IMG/VR virus record: IMGVR_UViG_2623620477_000001
Span: 10,075-74,074 of that record
Origin: a virus
Lineage: Duplodnaviria; Caudoviricetes
Reading direction: 5' to 3' (one strand)
DNA length: 64,000 nucleotides
Positions within the stretch are counted from its first letter, which is position 1, and each line of letters begins with the position of its first letter. The notes below the pieces were generated by a model. The model did not search any database, was not told the DNA's origin, and saw nothing but the letters and a program-made list of their open reading frames with translations. Below are positions 18,873-28,365 of the stretch, piece by piece. Made by a program: the position numbers and the translations under genes.

Positions 18873-20682
18873 AATAAATAACTCCTTCAATCATCTTGAC
18901 TATATCAGTTGGAAGTTTTTCAATACCCATCCTATACATTGTAAACACTTCTGCAAAAAATTCAAATGCGTTTCTATTACCGTATTCTGATATAAGATTC
19001 TTCATAACAGCAGTATCTTTTAGAGATTTGAACATATCATTTACTTTACCAACTTCTTCAAGCATTGAAGCAATTTGCTGTTTTGTTTTCCCTCTAGTAA
19101 AATATCCAAAGTTGTTAAGACCAATTCGGAAATCTGATAACAAATGACCATATTCGTGAGTAACTGTAGATTCAACACTTAATTGTCTATAACCAACATT
19201 ACCACGCATGAACTTACTCTTGTATTCTGCTTCACGTAGAAGATCCGTAAAATATTCCTTTTGTAACTTCATAAGAGGTTCTTTGATATGCTCATCACAA
19301 TATGCAATCTGTTTCTTATAATGTTCTATATCACTCTTACACATTACTGCCCATTCGCTCGGAGTTGGAGTAATTTTTTTCGACATCTGCTTTTCAATAT
19401 ACAAAATATCTCCATAAGTCTTTCCTGTTTCTCCCTTCGGAAGTGACTTAAACTCGATTGACTTAATTACAGGAATAGGATATTTACTCTGCAATCTTGT
19501 GTATTCATCTATTGTCCTCTTTACAACATCAACTTCTGTGTCGCTCGGAATCACAACTTCTTCGGCAAATACTTTTAGTTTGTTAGTCAGTTGTTCAACT
19601 TTCTTGTCACTTAATTCAGACATAAGTTTACCAACTTTACCACCATTGATTACACCACCAATCCTTGAACTCATAGTCTTAAGAGATATTGTTTTTCCGT
19701 CATCAATAAACTGTCCAACATTCTTGTCTCTCTTGTATAGCTCATACCTTGTTTTACCAAGCACTTCCTTCTGCGTTTCCTCGTCCTGTTTTCCGAGCCA
19801 ATCATTGAAGGTTACTCTTTCAACGTATCCGTCTTTTGAGGCTCTTGTTTCTCCCTCGATGTAGAAGTAAGGAATGATAATACAGCGACATCCACGATGC
19901 CTTGGAAGTAATGGTGCGTCCTTGAGACTCTTGAATAATTTCCCATCATCGTTGCCACATACAATACAAGTTCTTGAATCCAATGTTGCGAGGTATTCAT
20001 ATTTATACTCTGTTTCTCCGTCTCCAAAATACTGCTCGTTTTCCTCAAATACTCTGTTTCGTGTTTCATTTGCAAATGATTGAAGAAGTGTTCTAGTGTT
20101 ACCGTATATTGAATTGCGTAATGAGTTTATAGCACCTGGCTTTTTGAGTTTACTTGAAGGTGTAAGCCCGCCCATAACATTCTTCACAATCTCATCAGTA
20201 GGCATACCTGTCAAATATCCTGCTCTTACTGCGGAATCCCAAGTATTAAACAATCCGTCTTCAATTCCATTCAGATAACTGTCATAAGTAAATCCATCTG
20301 TCACTGGCTTGAACATTACTGCGGTCTTTATCTGTTCTACTGTTGGATAAATCAAGTTGACCTTGTTACCCTTCTTTATACTCCGCATATAAGGCTTTGA
20401 GAGTTCGAGAAGATGTTTCTGTTTCTTAAGTTCGTAATCTATAAGACCATCGATGTCTGTATTGTCTGCTACATTTTTCTTAACTTCCTTAGACACTTCT
20501 CTAAGTTTCTTGGCAATATCATGGTAACGTTTCTTGGTAGATACTTCGGAAGTTCTCTTGAGATACTTAGCAATTTCTTTATCAGCATCATCAAATAACT
20601 TAATTATCTCGTTGGCTTGACCATTCTTATACTTCTCAAAATCGATTGCGTACTTGATTACACCGTTCTCTAACTTATTCAT
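18859..20682 (-). CDS. Minor head protein (SPP1 gp7/Mu gpF) with C-terminal zincin metallopeptidase domain
   Basis: YLATLDSRTCIVCG..DGK, P.H..CRC.IIP MuF motifs; C-terminal HEYGH and EFFAEVF. Confidence 0.88.
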   Translation of the reverse strand: MNKLENGVIKYAIDFEKYKNGQANEIIKLFDDADKEIAKYLKRTSEVSTKKRYHDIAKKLREVSKEVKKNVADNTDIDGLIDYELKKQKHLLELSKPYMRSIKKGNKVNLIYPTVEQIKTAVMFKPVTDGFTYDSYLNGIEDGLFNTWDSAVRAGYLTGMPTDEIVKNVMGGLTPSSKLKKPGAINSLRNSIYGNTRTLLQSFANETRNRVFEENEQYFGDGETEYKYEYLATLDSRTCIVCGNDDGKLFKSLKDAPLLPRHRGCRCIIIPYFYIEGETRASKDGYVERVTFNDWLGKQDEETQKEVLGKTRYELYKRDKNVGQFIDDGKTISLKTMSSRIGGVINGGKVGKLMSELSDKKVEQLTNKLKVFAEEVVIPSDTEVDVVKRTIDEYTRLQSKYPIPVIKSIEFKSLPKGETGKTYGDILYIEKQMSKKITPTPSEWAVMCKSDIEHYKKQIAYCDEHIKEPLMKLQKEYFTDLLREAEYKSKFMRGNVGYRQLSVESTVTHEYGHLLSDFRIGLNNFGYFTRGKTKQQIASMLEEVGKVNDMFKSLKDTAVMKNLISEYGNRNAFEFFAEVFTMYRMGIEKLPTDIVKMIEGVIYYETK

Positions 20683-20850
20683 TACACATCTCCCACTCTT
20701 CTTCTGTGAATGGCTTTCCTTGTTCATAATCTCCACACAGAGTTCTCTCTGTATAGGTGAATAAAGGCTCAACCAAACAAAAACCTATTGGCAGATTGTC
20801 GTCTTTTGTACAATCTACCCACTTCTCGCACGATTTACAGAGAACCTTAC

Positions 20851-21306
20851 TCAACAGCGATACCCCTTCTTTTCTGTTCCTTCAAGCCATTCAGAGGCTC
20901 GTTTCTTTGCTCCATTAAGGTCATGGTCACGATAGTTTCCACATTCAACTTCATTTACAGCAGGGATCTCCTTATTCCATACTGCAACTTTCTCGAGAAC
21001 ATTTCTGAATACACAGTAAATGTCATACTCTGTATATTCTCCATAACAGATGAAATAAAACCCTGTACGGCAACCCATAGGTGACAAATCTATTACTCCA
21101 CCAATCTCATCTCGAATAGTTTCTGCCATAAGATGCTCAAGAGTGTGGATTTCTCCTGTTCCCATACAATCCTTATTTGGCTGGCAGAATCTTATGTCAT
21201 ACTTGCTTACAACAACTCCGTTTTGACGTTTCATACTTGCCAATCTTACATAAGGTGCTTCCACTTTTGTGTGATCCAAATTAAAACTTTCCACTTTATA
21301 ACTCAT
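20851..21306 (-). CDS. luxS: S-ribosylhomocysteine lyase (AI-2 synthase)
   Basis: VESFNLDHTKV.APYVR, DIRF.QPN, HTLEH, SPMGCRTGFY, CGNYRDH all intact. Confidence 0.96.
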   Translation of the reverse strand: MSYKVESFNLDHTKVEAPYVRLASMKRQNGVVVSKYDIRFCQPNKDCMGTGEIHTLEHLMAETIRDEIGGVIDLSPMGCRTGFYFICYGEYTEYDIYCVFRNVLEKVAVWNKEIPAVNEVECGNYRDHDLNGAKKRASEWLEGTEKKGYRC

Positions 21307-22231
21307 ATTTACTCCTTTTTGGAAACTTCTTCCCTAATACTTCGTAGATTACTGAATAAACGCTGAAATCTGTTTTTGAATTATCATTCAGTACAGTCTC
21401 TCTGTAACCCTCATTTATCAAAACCTTTACTATCATAGGAAGGTCTTGTTTTGTCGTAGCACAATATCTGTGCCTGTATTTTGAATCTGTCTTACAAACT
21501 CCTGCGCCCATAGCACAGAATGAAAACAGATATTGATTAAAGTTCTTGTATTCTCTGAAACTAGATACTGATTCAAGTATTTCATCTTTGTATCTTTCAT
21601 ATACAGAGTTACAAAAACTCTTAATCATTGGCGCGGAGATATGTGGTACTTGTGGGTACTCCGTATCTCCTATCAACCTAAAACATCTGCTCGGATAATG
21701 TTTCCTCGCAAACTCATAACTGTTACGTGCTATCTGAAAGTAATGTTCCTTACGCTGTTTTGGAGAACCAATATTGATTATCTCCAACTTGTTCTTTGCT
21801 TTTACTGAACCGTCATAATCTTCATAGAAGAAGTCATCTGGCGTCAGCACTCCGTTCGGCAAAAAGTCATCATTCGAGTAAATGTAATACTCGGATAAAT
21901 CCTTAATCAGATGCACGAACATTTCTATTGCACAAGAGTTGAACGTAGGCAAAAATTCCTTTGGAATGAACTCCTTATGTTCAACTACTGTAACAGTTTC
22001 TGTATTCATCCATTCGGGTACTTGGGTCTTATCGTGTACAATGATAAATACCTTTCGTACCCACGGCATATATCGTTCAGTAGCACGAAGTTTATAACGA
22101 AGTAATTCACCGTCAGCATAATAACGTTGCTTATCATCGTTATAAACTCGTCCTGTGGCTTTCTGCCAATCAGTCTGCCACTGTTCCTTTCTGCAATCCA
22201 CATAAGGAAACACAACATCGATGCGATTCAT
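21296..22231 (-). CDS. Stealth-family hexose-1-phosphate transferase
   Basis: CR1 IDVVFPYVD; CR2 ELLRYKLR..ERYMPWV...LPTFNSCAIE...YSNDDF; CR3 H...PM..S; C-terminal FPKRSKYE. Confidence 0.9.
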   Translation of the reverse strand: MNRIDVVFPYVDCRKEQWQTDWQKATGRVYNDDKQRYYADGELLRYKLRATERYMPWVRKVFIIVHDKTQVPEWMNTETVTVVEHKEFIPKEFLPTFNSCAIEMFVHLIKDLSEYYIYSNDDFLPNGVLTPDDFFYEDYDGSVKAKNKLEIINIGSPKQRKEHYFQIARNSYEFARKHYPSRCFRLIGDTEYPQVPHISAPMIKSFCNSVYERYKDEILESVSSFREYKNFNQYLFSFCAMGAGVCKTDSKYRHRYCATTKQDLPMIVKVLINEGYRETVLNDNSKTDFSVYSVIYEVLGKKFPKRSKYEL

Positions 22232-23649
22232 TACTCATCCTCATTTGGAATTGGAATCCTACTCTTCTGTTCCTCATCAATTTCTGCCTGTTCTTCCTCG
22301 AATGTCTTATCAGATGCAATAATCTCACCTTCTTGGAGATTTCTGAACATAGTCTTCTTAGAGATTGCTCCCTGTTGCCAAGCAGCGACATACTGTGCAA
22401 GGTCACTTGCAGAGAGTGCAGAAACATCGTAGTCTGTATTGAATATTACTTGGTGTTTATCTTCTGGAACTTCCTTGCTAGATGACCATTCAAGATAAAT
22501 CTTCAATAACTTGGTGAATACGATTGAGAAGTTGTTCGCAATATCAGCAAGGATAGAGTTCTCACCTGCTCTGTGGATTCGTGCAGTTTCTGCAGATTCT
22601 ACTCCTTTACGCTCCTGTGAGATAATCCTTGCTCCAAGGATAGCCATACGCTCTTCATCAGCGTTCATTGCATTTGCCAACTGATTACATCCGCTACCGC
22701 TGAACTCAAGATATTGCATACTTGCACCTGCTGGAAGATTTTGAACAACTGAACCACCAAGTTTAAGAGGTTCTGAAGCAACTTCTACTCCATTTACCAA
22801 TACAGTTGGAACATCTGCTCCCTGTGTCCAAGGTGTAGGAACGCCTGTCCAATGCAAACCATTTTCGTAGTCTGCTGACTTGCGATAGTGAGAAAGGTTT
22901 ACGTTGATTAAGTCCTCAAGAATAGGCTCTTGTGGATAATCTGATGTTGATAGGAAATAGAATGGGATGTAATTGAATCTCTTACCTTTGATTTTTGGCT
23001 CTACTTTGTCGATTACTACATCTCTGTCATTGTAGAGAATCTGTACATAGTAGCCGTTCTCGTCAATCTTGCATACACGGTAATTGTTCCTCTGTTCAAG
23101 GGTAAAATCTGCCTTTACAACCTCTGTTTTCTCTCGGAAGATAACAAAGTCAAGATACTGCTTTCTACCGTCACTAGCCCAATGCCAATTGATGATGGAC
23201 TCTGCCTTGTAATAGGTCATATACGCAGAAAGATTTGCATCCTCAAAATCTTTCTGACTTCTTACATTCTCCATTTTTGGCATATCAACTAATACACCAC
23301 CCCATGCAGTAGTAAGAAAGTCCTTTACTGTTTCAGAACAGAACTGATTAAGTGAGTGACCTTTTCCGTCTACGTTTTCAAGATACTTTTCAAATCCGTC
23401 TGGAATCTGTGTGATGATAGGCTTACGGTTTATCATACCGCTTAAGCCATCAAGTGTTCTTCCTGTTGCGTTGAAGAACTGCGCCCTCATTATGTAAGCA
23501 TTGTAGTCAGCATCATCCATTCCCGATGCTCTTGGAAGATAACGTTCCTTGCGATACTTGATGTAAGTTTCACCACCAACTGCATCGCGACATTTCTCCC
23601 ACTTCTTAATGAACTTCATATAAGAACTACAACAATTCTGAATACTGCT
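22231..23649 (-). CDS. Portal protein (DUF4055-type), AGC start (472 aa)
   Basis: W..CRDA.GGE..IK...YLP, RA.FFNATGRT, NLSHYR.SADYE.GLH, AWQQGAIS; follows TerL. Confidence 0.92.
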   Translation of the reverse strand, partial: SSIQNCCSSYMKFIKKWEKCRDAVGGETYIKYRKERYLPRASGMDDADYNAYIMRAQFFNATGRTLDGLSGMINRKPIITQIPDGFEKYLENVDGKGHSLNQFCSETVKDFLTTAWGGVLVDMPKMENVRSQKDFEDANLSAYMTYYKAESIINWHWASDGRKQYLDFVIFREKTEVVKADFTLEQRNNYRVCKIDENGYYVQILYNDRDVVIDKVEPKIKGKRFNYIPFYFLSTSDYPQEPILEDLINVNLSHYRKSADYENGLHWTGVPTPWTQGADVPTVLVNGVEVASEPLKLGGSVVQNLPAGASMQYLEFSGSGCNQLANAMNADEERMAILGARIISQERKGVESAETARIHRAGENSILADIANNFSIVFTKLLKIYLEWSSSKEVPEDKHQVIFNTDYDVSALSASDLAQYVAAWQQGAISKKTMFRNLQEGEIIASDKTFEEEQAEIDEEQKSRIPIPNEDE

Positions 23650-23661
23650 TGGCTTCCTCCT
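23647..23661 (-). promoter_or_regulatory. RBS + AGC start of portal gene
   Basis: AGGAGG-aagcca-AGC AGT ATT CAG; in-frame TAG 7 codons upstream; the ATG 10 codons downstream has no SD. Confidence 0.85.
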
Positions 23662-24943
23662 AGATACCTATTACCCTTCCCTGTGACATTCTTACTCTAT
23701 CCAAATCTTCACAACCATATCGTAAAGCGTCTGGAATATGAGAGAAAGCGTGTTCAGGGTTATTTGTTACGCAATCTGTCTTGCTATCTCGTTTCCAACA
23801 ATAGTTAGAGAACGCTTCGATAGTATTCGGACAGTTTTTGCTATGTATTACAATGTGATAGTCCTGTAGTTTTTGTATACCTCCAAGCACAGAACCACTT
23901 CCCTTACGACAGCCATGAAGTCCAACCAACCCAAGTTTCTTCAACTCATTGATTGTTCGAGGATCTTCACTATCTCCCGAAATCATCGCATTTCTGAATC
24001 CCGCAGCAATCAACTCTCTTGCAATAGCAGAGTTTTCCATTGTTACTGCATAGAACTCATAATAAATATATATAATCTTGTTGAACGTATCACAATACGC
24101 ACCAACAAAAGCTGTAGGGTCATTATAACCGAAATCCATACCATTGCAAGAAACAAATTTAATTGGCTGTCTTAATACCTCTTGAATATTAAACTCTTTT
24201 ACTTCCCAATTGTCATAAACAAGTCCGTCTGCAACACCCCAATCACCGAGTCCTTCAATGCGATAACGGCGCGGATTCTGTGTTTTCATAAGTTCAAACA
24301 ACGCACGGTCATCATCACCCAAGAACTCGTTACATTTATAATTGGTTGTAAGTGCAAGGATATCATCGTGCTTGAAGTCAAAGAATCGTTTCTTAAGCCA
24401 ATGTCTATCACTCCAAGGGTTGAATGTAAGCGTTATCTGCTTAAACAACGGCGCGGGTAATTCACCACGAATAGACATATCAATCTTGTTGAAATCTGCT
24501 TCACTGTTTACTTGGTATGCCTCTTCAAACCACACCCAACACAACTGTCCTTCATCGGCAACGATAGAGGTAATACCCATTACATCGTCCATACCTCGGA
24601 AGTATATTTTCTGTCCACTCGGCTTATATGTAAGGGTGTAACTTCCCTTCATTACTTTCCAAAGATGACGTACTCCTAACTGCTCCATAGCCCATATCAA
24701 CTGGGCTCTTGTAGACTGTTTATTAAGGTATACGTGCTTTCGGATAACGAGAACATTCGGCTTGAGTCCGTACTTGTGATAGAACTCCATCATCTTGTAT
24801 ATATACCAAAGGGCAGTCGTACAGGATTTCTTACTTCCTCGACTGCCTTTTACCACTCGGTAGCGACCTTTGAAGTTCCAAAACTCGTCATAACCTCCAC
24901 CGACTACATCAGAGAGTTTTACGACCCTTCGCTCATTCTCCAT
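23660..24943 (-). CDS. terL: Terminase large subunit (PBSX family)
   Basis: KGSRGSKKS Walker A, WFEEA Walker B, TFNP, GMDFGYNDP, HIPDALRYG. Confidence 0.95.
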   Translation of the reverse strand: MENERRVVKLSDVVGGGYDEFWNFKGRYRVVKGSRGSKKSCTTALWYIYKMMEFYHKYGLKPNVLVIRKHVYLNKQSTRAQLIWAMEQLGVRHLWKVMKGSYTLTYKPSGQKIYFRGMDDVMGITSIVADEGQLCWVWFEEAYQVNSEADFNKIDMSIRGELPAPLFKQITLTFNPWSDRHWLKKRFFDFKHDDILALTTNYKCNEFLGDDDRALFELMKTQNPRRYRIEGLGDWGVADGLVYDNWEVKEFNIQEVLRQPIKFVSCNGMDFGYNDPTAFVGAYCDTFNKIIYIYYEFYAVTMENSAIARELIAAGFRNAMISGDSEDPRTINELKKLGLVGLHGCRKGSGSVLGGIQKLQDYHIVIHSKNCPNTIEAFSNYCWKRDSKTDCVTNNPEHAFSHIPDALRYGCEDLDRVRMSQGRVIGI

Positions 24944-25298
24944 CTTTCCCTATATCATCAACGAACATCGGACTTGTAATAGATATTGCACTTTCTGATT
25001 CAATCTGTGTTCTGTCGCTCCACTTAAATCTGTTCTTCATATTGAATATCCAAGTAACTGCATTTATCTTCTGTGTTCCCAAAGAACCTGCTCTTCCAAG
25101 TTTCTCCCACCAAGCCTCTGACAGTTCCAAACCTCTCTGATATGCTTCATTAAAGCGTTTATGCTCTTTACACCATCTGTAGAAGGTATCTCTTGAGATT
25201 CCCATATTTGCACATACTTCAATTACAGATTCACCGTTTTCGAACATAGCAGGGAGTTGTTCAGCATATTCTTTCTTATAAGTACTTAATCTTGCCAT
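24933..25298 (-). CDS. terS: Terminase small subunit
   Basis: MARLSTY, HTH (GISRDTFYRW), WIFNMKNRFKW; immediately upstream of TerL. Confidence 0.85.
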   Translation of the reverse strand: MARLSTYKKEYAEQLPAMFENGESVIEVCANMGISRDTFYRWCKEHKRFNEAYQRGLELSEAWWEKLGRAGSLGTQKINAVTWIFNMKNRFKWSDRTQIESESAISITSPMFVDDIGKDGE

Positions 25299-25333
25299 TT
25301 TTGCCTCCTTACTCTTTATAGGTGTCAGATAAT

Positions 25334-25951
25334 TTATACACTCTTCTCAAGTTTCTCAATTGTTCTGTCCAAGCGTCCTTGGTTCAGTTCATTACCATAG
25401 AATGACAGTCCGTGTTCAATTGCATATCTTGCGGTATATCCTAAACCACAGCAAGGGTCAGTGATTGTCATACCTTCCTTTGCGAATGGTTCAAGTGCTT
25501 CCAATAGAGACTTGTAACCTTTTGTGTGATATACCTTCTGACGATAGTCGAATGTAAGATTGAGATTACCTGTCTTAGAGAATACGTTGAGTATCATAGG
25601 TCTTGCGGGCGAGCCGTACATCATTTCGATTTGAGCCTCCTGTTTAAGACCGTGACACATAGCAATCTCTACCAACTGCTGATTCCACTTAATTCCGTAT
25701 TCTACGAAGATTGGTGCGTCATCTTTAGTATACTTTACTGCGACATCGAAGAATCTCTGTAAGAACTTAAGAAGGTCTGTTTTCTTCTTTTCTGCGCCCG
25801 TCATCTTGTTATTCAAAGTCTGCCAAAACTCAAGATTTCCCCAAGGTGGATCTGAATAAAAGATGTCTATTTTCTTATCACCATAGAGTTCATCGAGGTT
25901 ATCGAATATATCTCCACATCTTACCTTATGGCGTCCTATTTCCTTAATCAT
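25334..25951 (-). CDS. N6A/N4C DNA methyltransferase-like protein
   Basis: YSDPPW motif IV and DPCCGLG motif I, GNELN. Confidence 0.8.
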   Translation of the reverse strand: MIKEIGRHKVRCGDIFDNLDELYGDKKIDIFYSDPPWGNLEFWQTLNNKMTGAEKKKTDLLKFLQRFFDVAVKYTKDDAPIFVEYGIKWNQQLVEIAMCHGLKQEAQIEMMYGSPARPMILNVFSKTGNLNLTFDYRQKVYHTKGYKSLLEALEPFAKEGMTITDPCCGLGYTARYAIEHGLSFYGNELNQGRLDRTIEKLEKSV

Positions 25952-26543
25952 TTTGTGCCTCCACATCATCAATAAAAAACTTACTCTGCCTGTTTGTTGG
26001 TCGTGGACCGAGAGTAGATTTGAAATCCAAATGCTGTACCAAGAACGGTACTTGCATCCAATATTTGAGTTTCATTTTACCAAGAACGTAGCCAATATAA
26101 GTATCAGAAGGATATGTCCATACTGAATACTTAGTTTTATACCATTCACGGAATTGTGCAACATTTTCTGGCTTGATAATTTCATCACATACTGCCTTTG
26201 GGAAGTAATTGCACTGATTCCATTGATAACGGCTTCCTGCGCGATATTCTGAATGCAGTGCAGTGCGTGAACAAGCTGATTCGAACATAGAGATTACTTC
26301 ATTCGGGCGAGATGCAATAAGTTCTTCACAGCGTGTCTGAAAGTTCTTACACAACTGTACGTCATCTTCGAGTAATACTACTCCGTCAGCATCAGTTTTG
26401 AAGATGTTTACAAAACGCTCAAACAACCCTTCTCTGCCACTCATAATAACATTCAGCGGAGGCAACTGTGATTTCATAATAGCCACATTGTCGATTCTCT
26501 GCTGATTGTTTTCAGTACATAATACTTTATATTCGATATTCAT
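25944..26543 (-). CDS. Glycosyltransferase-like protein (GT25-like)
   Basis: VLLEDDV.LC..F and P.LVQH motifs. Confidence 0.65.
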   Translation of the reverse strand: MNIEYKVLCTENNQQRIDNVAIMKSQLPPLNVIMSGREGLFERFVNIFKTDADGVVLLEDDVQLCKNFQTRCEELIASRPNEVISMFESACSRTALHSEYRAGSRYQWNQCNYFPKAVCDEIIKPENVAQFREWYKTKYSVWTYPSDTYIGYVLGKMKLKYWMQVPFLVQHLDFKSTLGPRPTNRQSKFFIDDVEAQND

Positions 26544-26545
26544 AC

Positions 26546-27229
26546 TTACTTCCTTCCTGTCCACTTGTATTCATCTGTGTTCTCATAGATTTCGCCATAG
26601 TGCTTTTCCTCTTGGATCTGTTTTTCTGTTTTCCAAGACTGTCCGTACTGTGCTTTTTCGAAGAGTTTTGCAAAGCCTGTTACATACTTAAGTTTTACAA
26701 TCTCCTCTTTCTCCATTCCAAGTTCTTTACAGATATCTGCGTCAGACCATCCATTCTGTAACATATTGAATACAAGGTTACTCATACCTGTTACGGCGTG
26801 GCTTCCTCTTGCTCTATTATGGCGGACTGTGGCAGCCATACGTTCGTTCATTGTTTTATTGAGAACTACGATAGGCAAACAACCGTGATTGCGCTCGAGG
26901 ATGTCCTTCTGTGTTTTACAAACGAAATAGCGGTGGAATCCGTCAACAATTACATACTTATCCTTTTCTTTATCGTATACGGTAACTACTGGCTGTGTAT
27001 ACCCATCTTCTTTAATTGAGATATACAATAACTGCATTTCCTTCTTTGCAACAGAGTTAGGATTGTAGTCATTTGGAGTTACCTTTTCGATTGGCACCCA
27101 TATTACGTTATCAATAGGCTGTGATTTGTATTCTGACAGTTCAGCACAAACCTTGCGGATCTCGTTGATTACGGCAACCTTGTCCTTACTTCCATTTACA
27201 AGTTTAGTAATATCATCTTTTACACTCAT
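26546..27229 (-). CDS. ibrB: ParB/sulfiredoxin-domain protein, IbrB-like
   Basis: NDYNPNSVA, SIKEDGYTQPVV, IVDGFHR, RMAATVRHNRARGSH. Confidence 0.88.
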   Translation of the reverse strand: MSVKDDITKLVNGSKDKVAVINEIRKVCAELSEYKSQPIDNVIWVPIEKVTPNDYNPNSVAKKEMQLLYISIKEDGYTQPVVTVYDKEKDKYVIVDGFHRYFVCKTQKDILERNHGCLPIVVLNKTMNERMAATVRHNRARGSHAVTGMSNLVFNMLQNGWSDADICKELGMEKEEIVKLKYVTGFAKLFEKAQYGQSWKTEKQIQEEKHYGEIYENTDEYKWTGRK

Positions 27230-27231
27230 TC

Positions 27232-28365
27232 TTATTCTCCTTTCTTATTTTCGTTTATGATTACCTTATGTTTTTCACGCAACCAAGCACGATACTTAGG
27301 GTTTGTATAAACATTCTCAATTGTTGTGAAATAGTAATCATCAAGAAGTATGCACTTTACGAAAGTCTGTGCAAAACCGTCAATCTCTGGGTGTCCTTCA
27401 AAATCAAGCATAAGTTTAAGGTACTTGTTTCTGAAAGCAAGTCGATGTTCTTCTTTTACGAGGTGGTCGATAAGATAAAGTACATATTCATTCCAACCAC
27501 TGAACATAGAAGGATAAGTTTCGGGAACACATCGTGCGATAGAACAGTGTTTTTCAGTGTTTACTCCGTGAAGTCTTTCTACTGCCTTGTTCCAAGTGTC
27601 AGGCTCAAGTTCCTGTAAATACGAAAGCGATTTAAGTGCGGTTTCGTGGTTGAGGTTAGAAACACGCATTTTTGGCATCGGTACACCTTTTGCATACATA
27701 AAATTATAGATTCCGTTATAGTCGCACTTGTTGTCAAAAATAAACTTCCAAATATCTCGGTAAGACCAATCGTACAGAGGATAGAACGTTACTTTTGCAC
27801 AGTTCTCTTCCCACTTGTCGATATGTCCATATGTGATGTCTTTCCAACATCTGCGTGATGTACAAGCCAATACACGCTTTGGAGTTTCTTCTCCGCGGAC
27901 ACCACCGATATTGGCACAGTCTTTACCCTCAAACATTTTTGCTTGTACAGCACCAAATATTTCGTGGAATCGCATAGTACCAAAGGTATTTTCCTTAATA
28001 GCACAAGGCTCTTTTTCACGCATCCATTTTCCGCCCTCTTCCCAACACCAAAGCCATTCAGAATCGTGACTTGTAGCATTGAAGATTTTCATAGGCATCT
28101 GCAACCAAATAGGCTCTACTTCTGGTCTGCTCATAACACGACGGACATAATCTACGGTGTGTTGCCACTCGATTTCCTGGTCTATGAACAGTACTTTGAG
28201 AGGAAGTCTGTTTCTCTGTCTTGCTACGGCAAGGCACAATTCGAGAACTACAGTTGAATCCTTTCCGCCAGAAAACGATACAACAATATTTTCGAAATCA
28301 TCGAAGATTCTATTGATGCGTTTAATGGCAGCGTCAAAAACGTTCTCTTCCATATAGATTTTCAT
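27232..28365 (-). CDS. ibrA: PAPS-reductase-family PP-loop protein, IbrA-like
   Basis: SFSGGKDS, FIDQE, YPLYDW...DIW, MRVS motifs; adjacent to IbrB-like gene. Confidence 0.88.
   Translation of the reverse strand: MKIYMEENVFDAAIKRINRIFDDFENIVVSFSGGKDSTVVLELCLAVARQRNRLPLKVLFIDQEIEWQHTVDYVRRVMSRPEVEPIWLQMPMKIFNATSHDSEWLWCWEEGGKWMREKEPCAIKENTFGTMRFHEIFGAVQAKMFEGKDCANIGGVRGEETPKRVLACTSRRCWKDITYGHIDKWEENCAKVTFYPLYDWSYRDIWKFIFDNKCDYNGIYNFMYAKGVPMPKMRVSNLNHETALKSLSYLQELEPDTWNKAVERLHGVNTEKHCSIARCVPETYPSMFSGWNEYVLYLIDHLVKEEHRLAFRNKYLKLMLDFEGHPEIDGFAQTFVKCILLDDYYFTTIENVYTNPKYRAWLREKHKVIINENKKGE

Noticed and set aside
5657-23661. AGC starts as sequencing errors or pseudogenisation
   Set aside because: The same two-base change at six independent loci with otherwise intact frames and strong SDs, plus a matching anticodon, is implausible as error.
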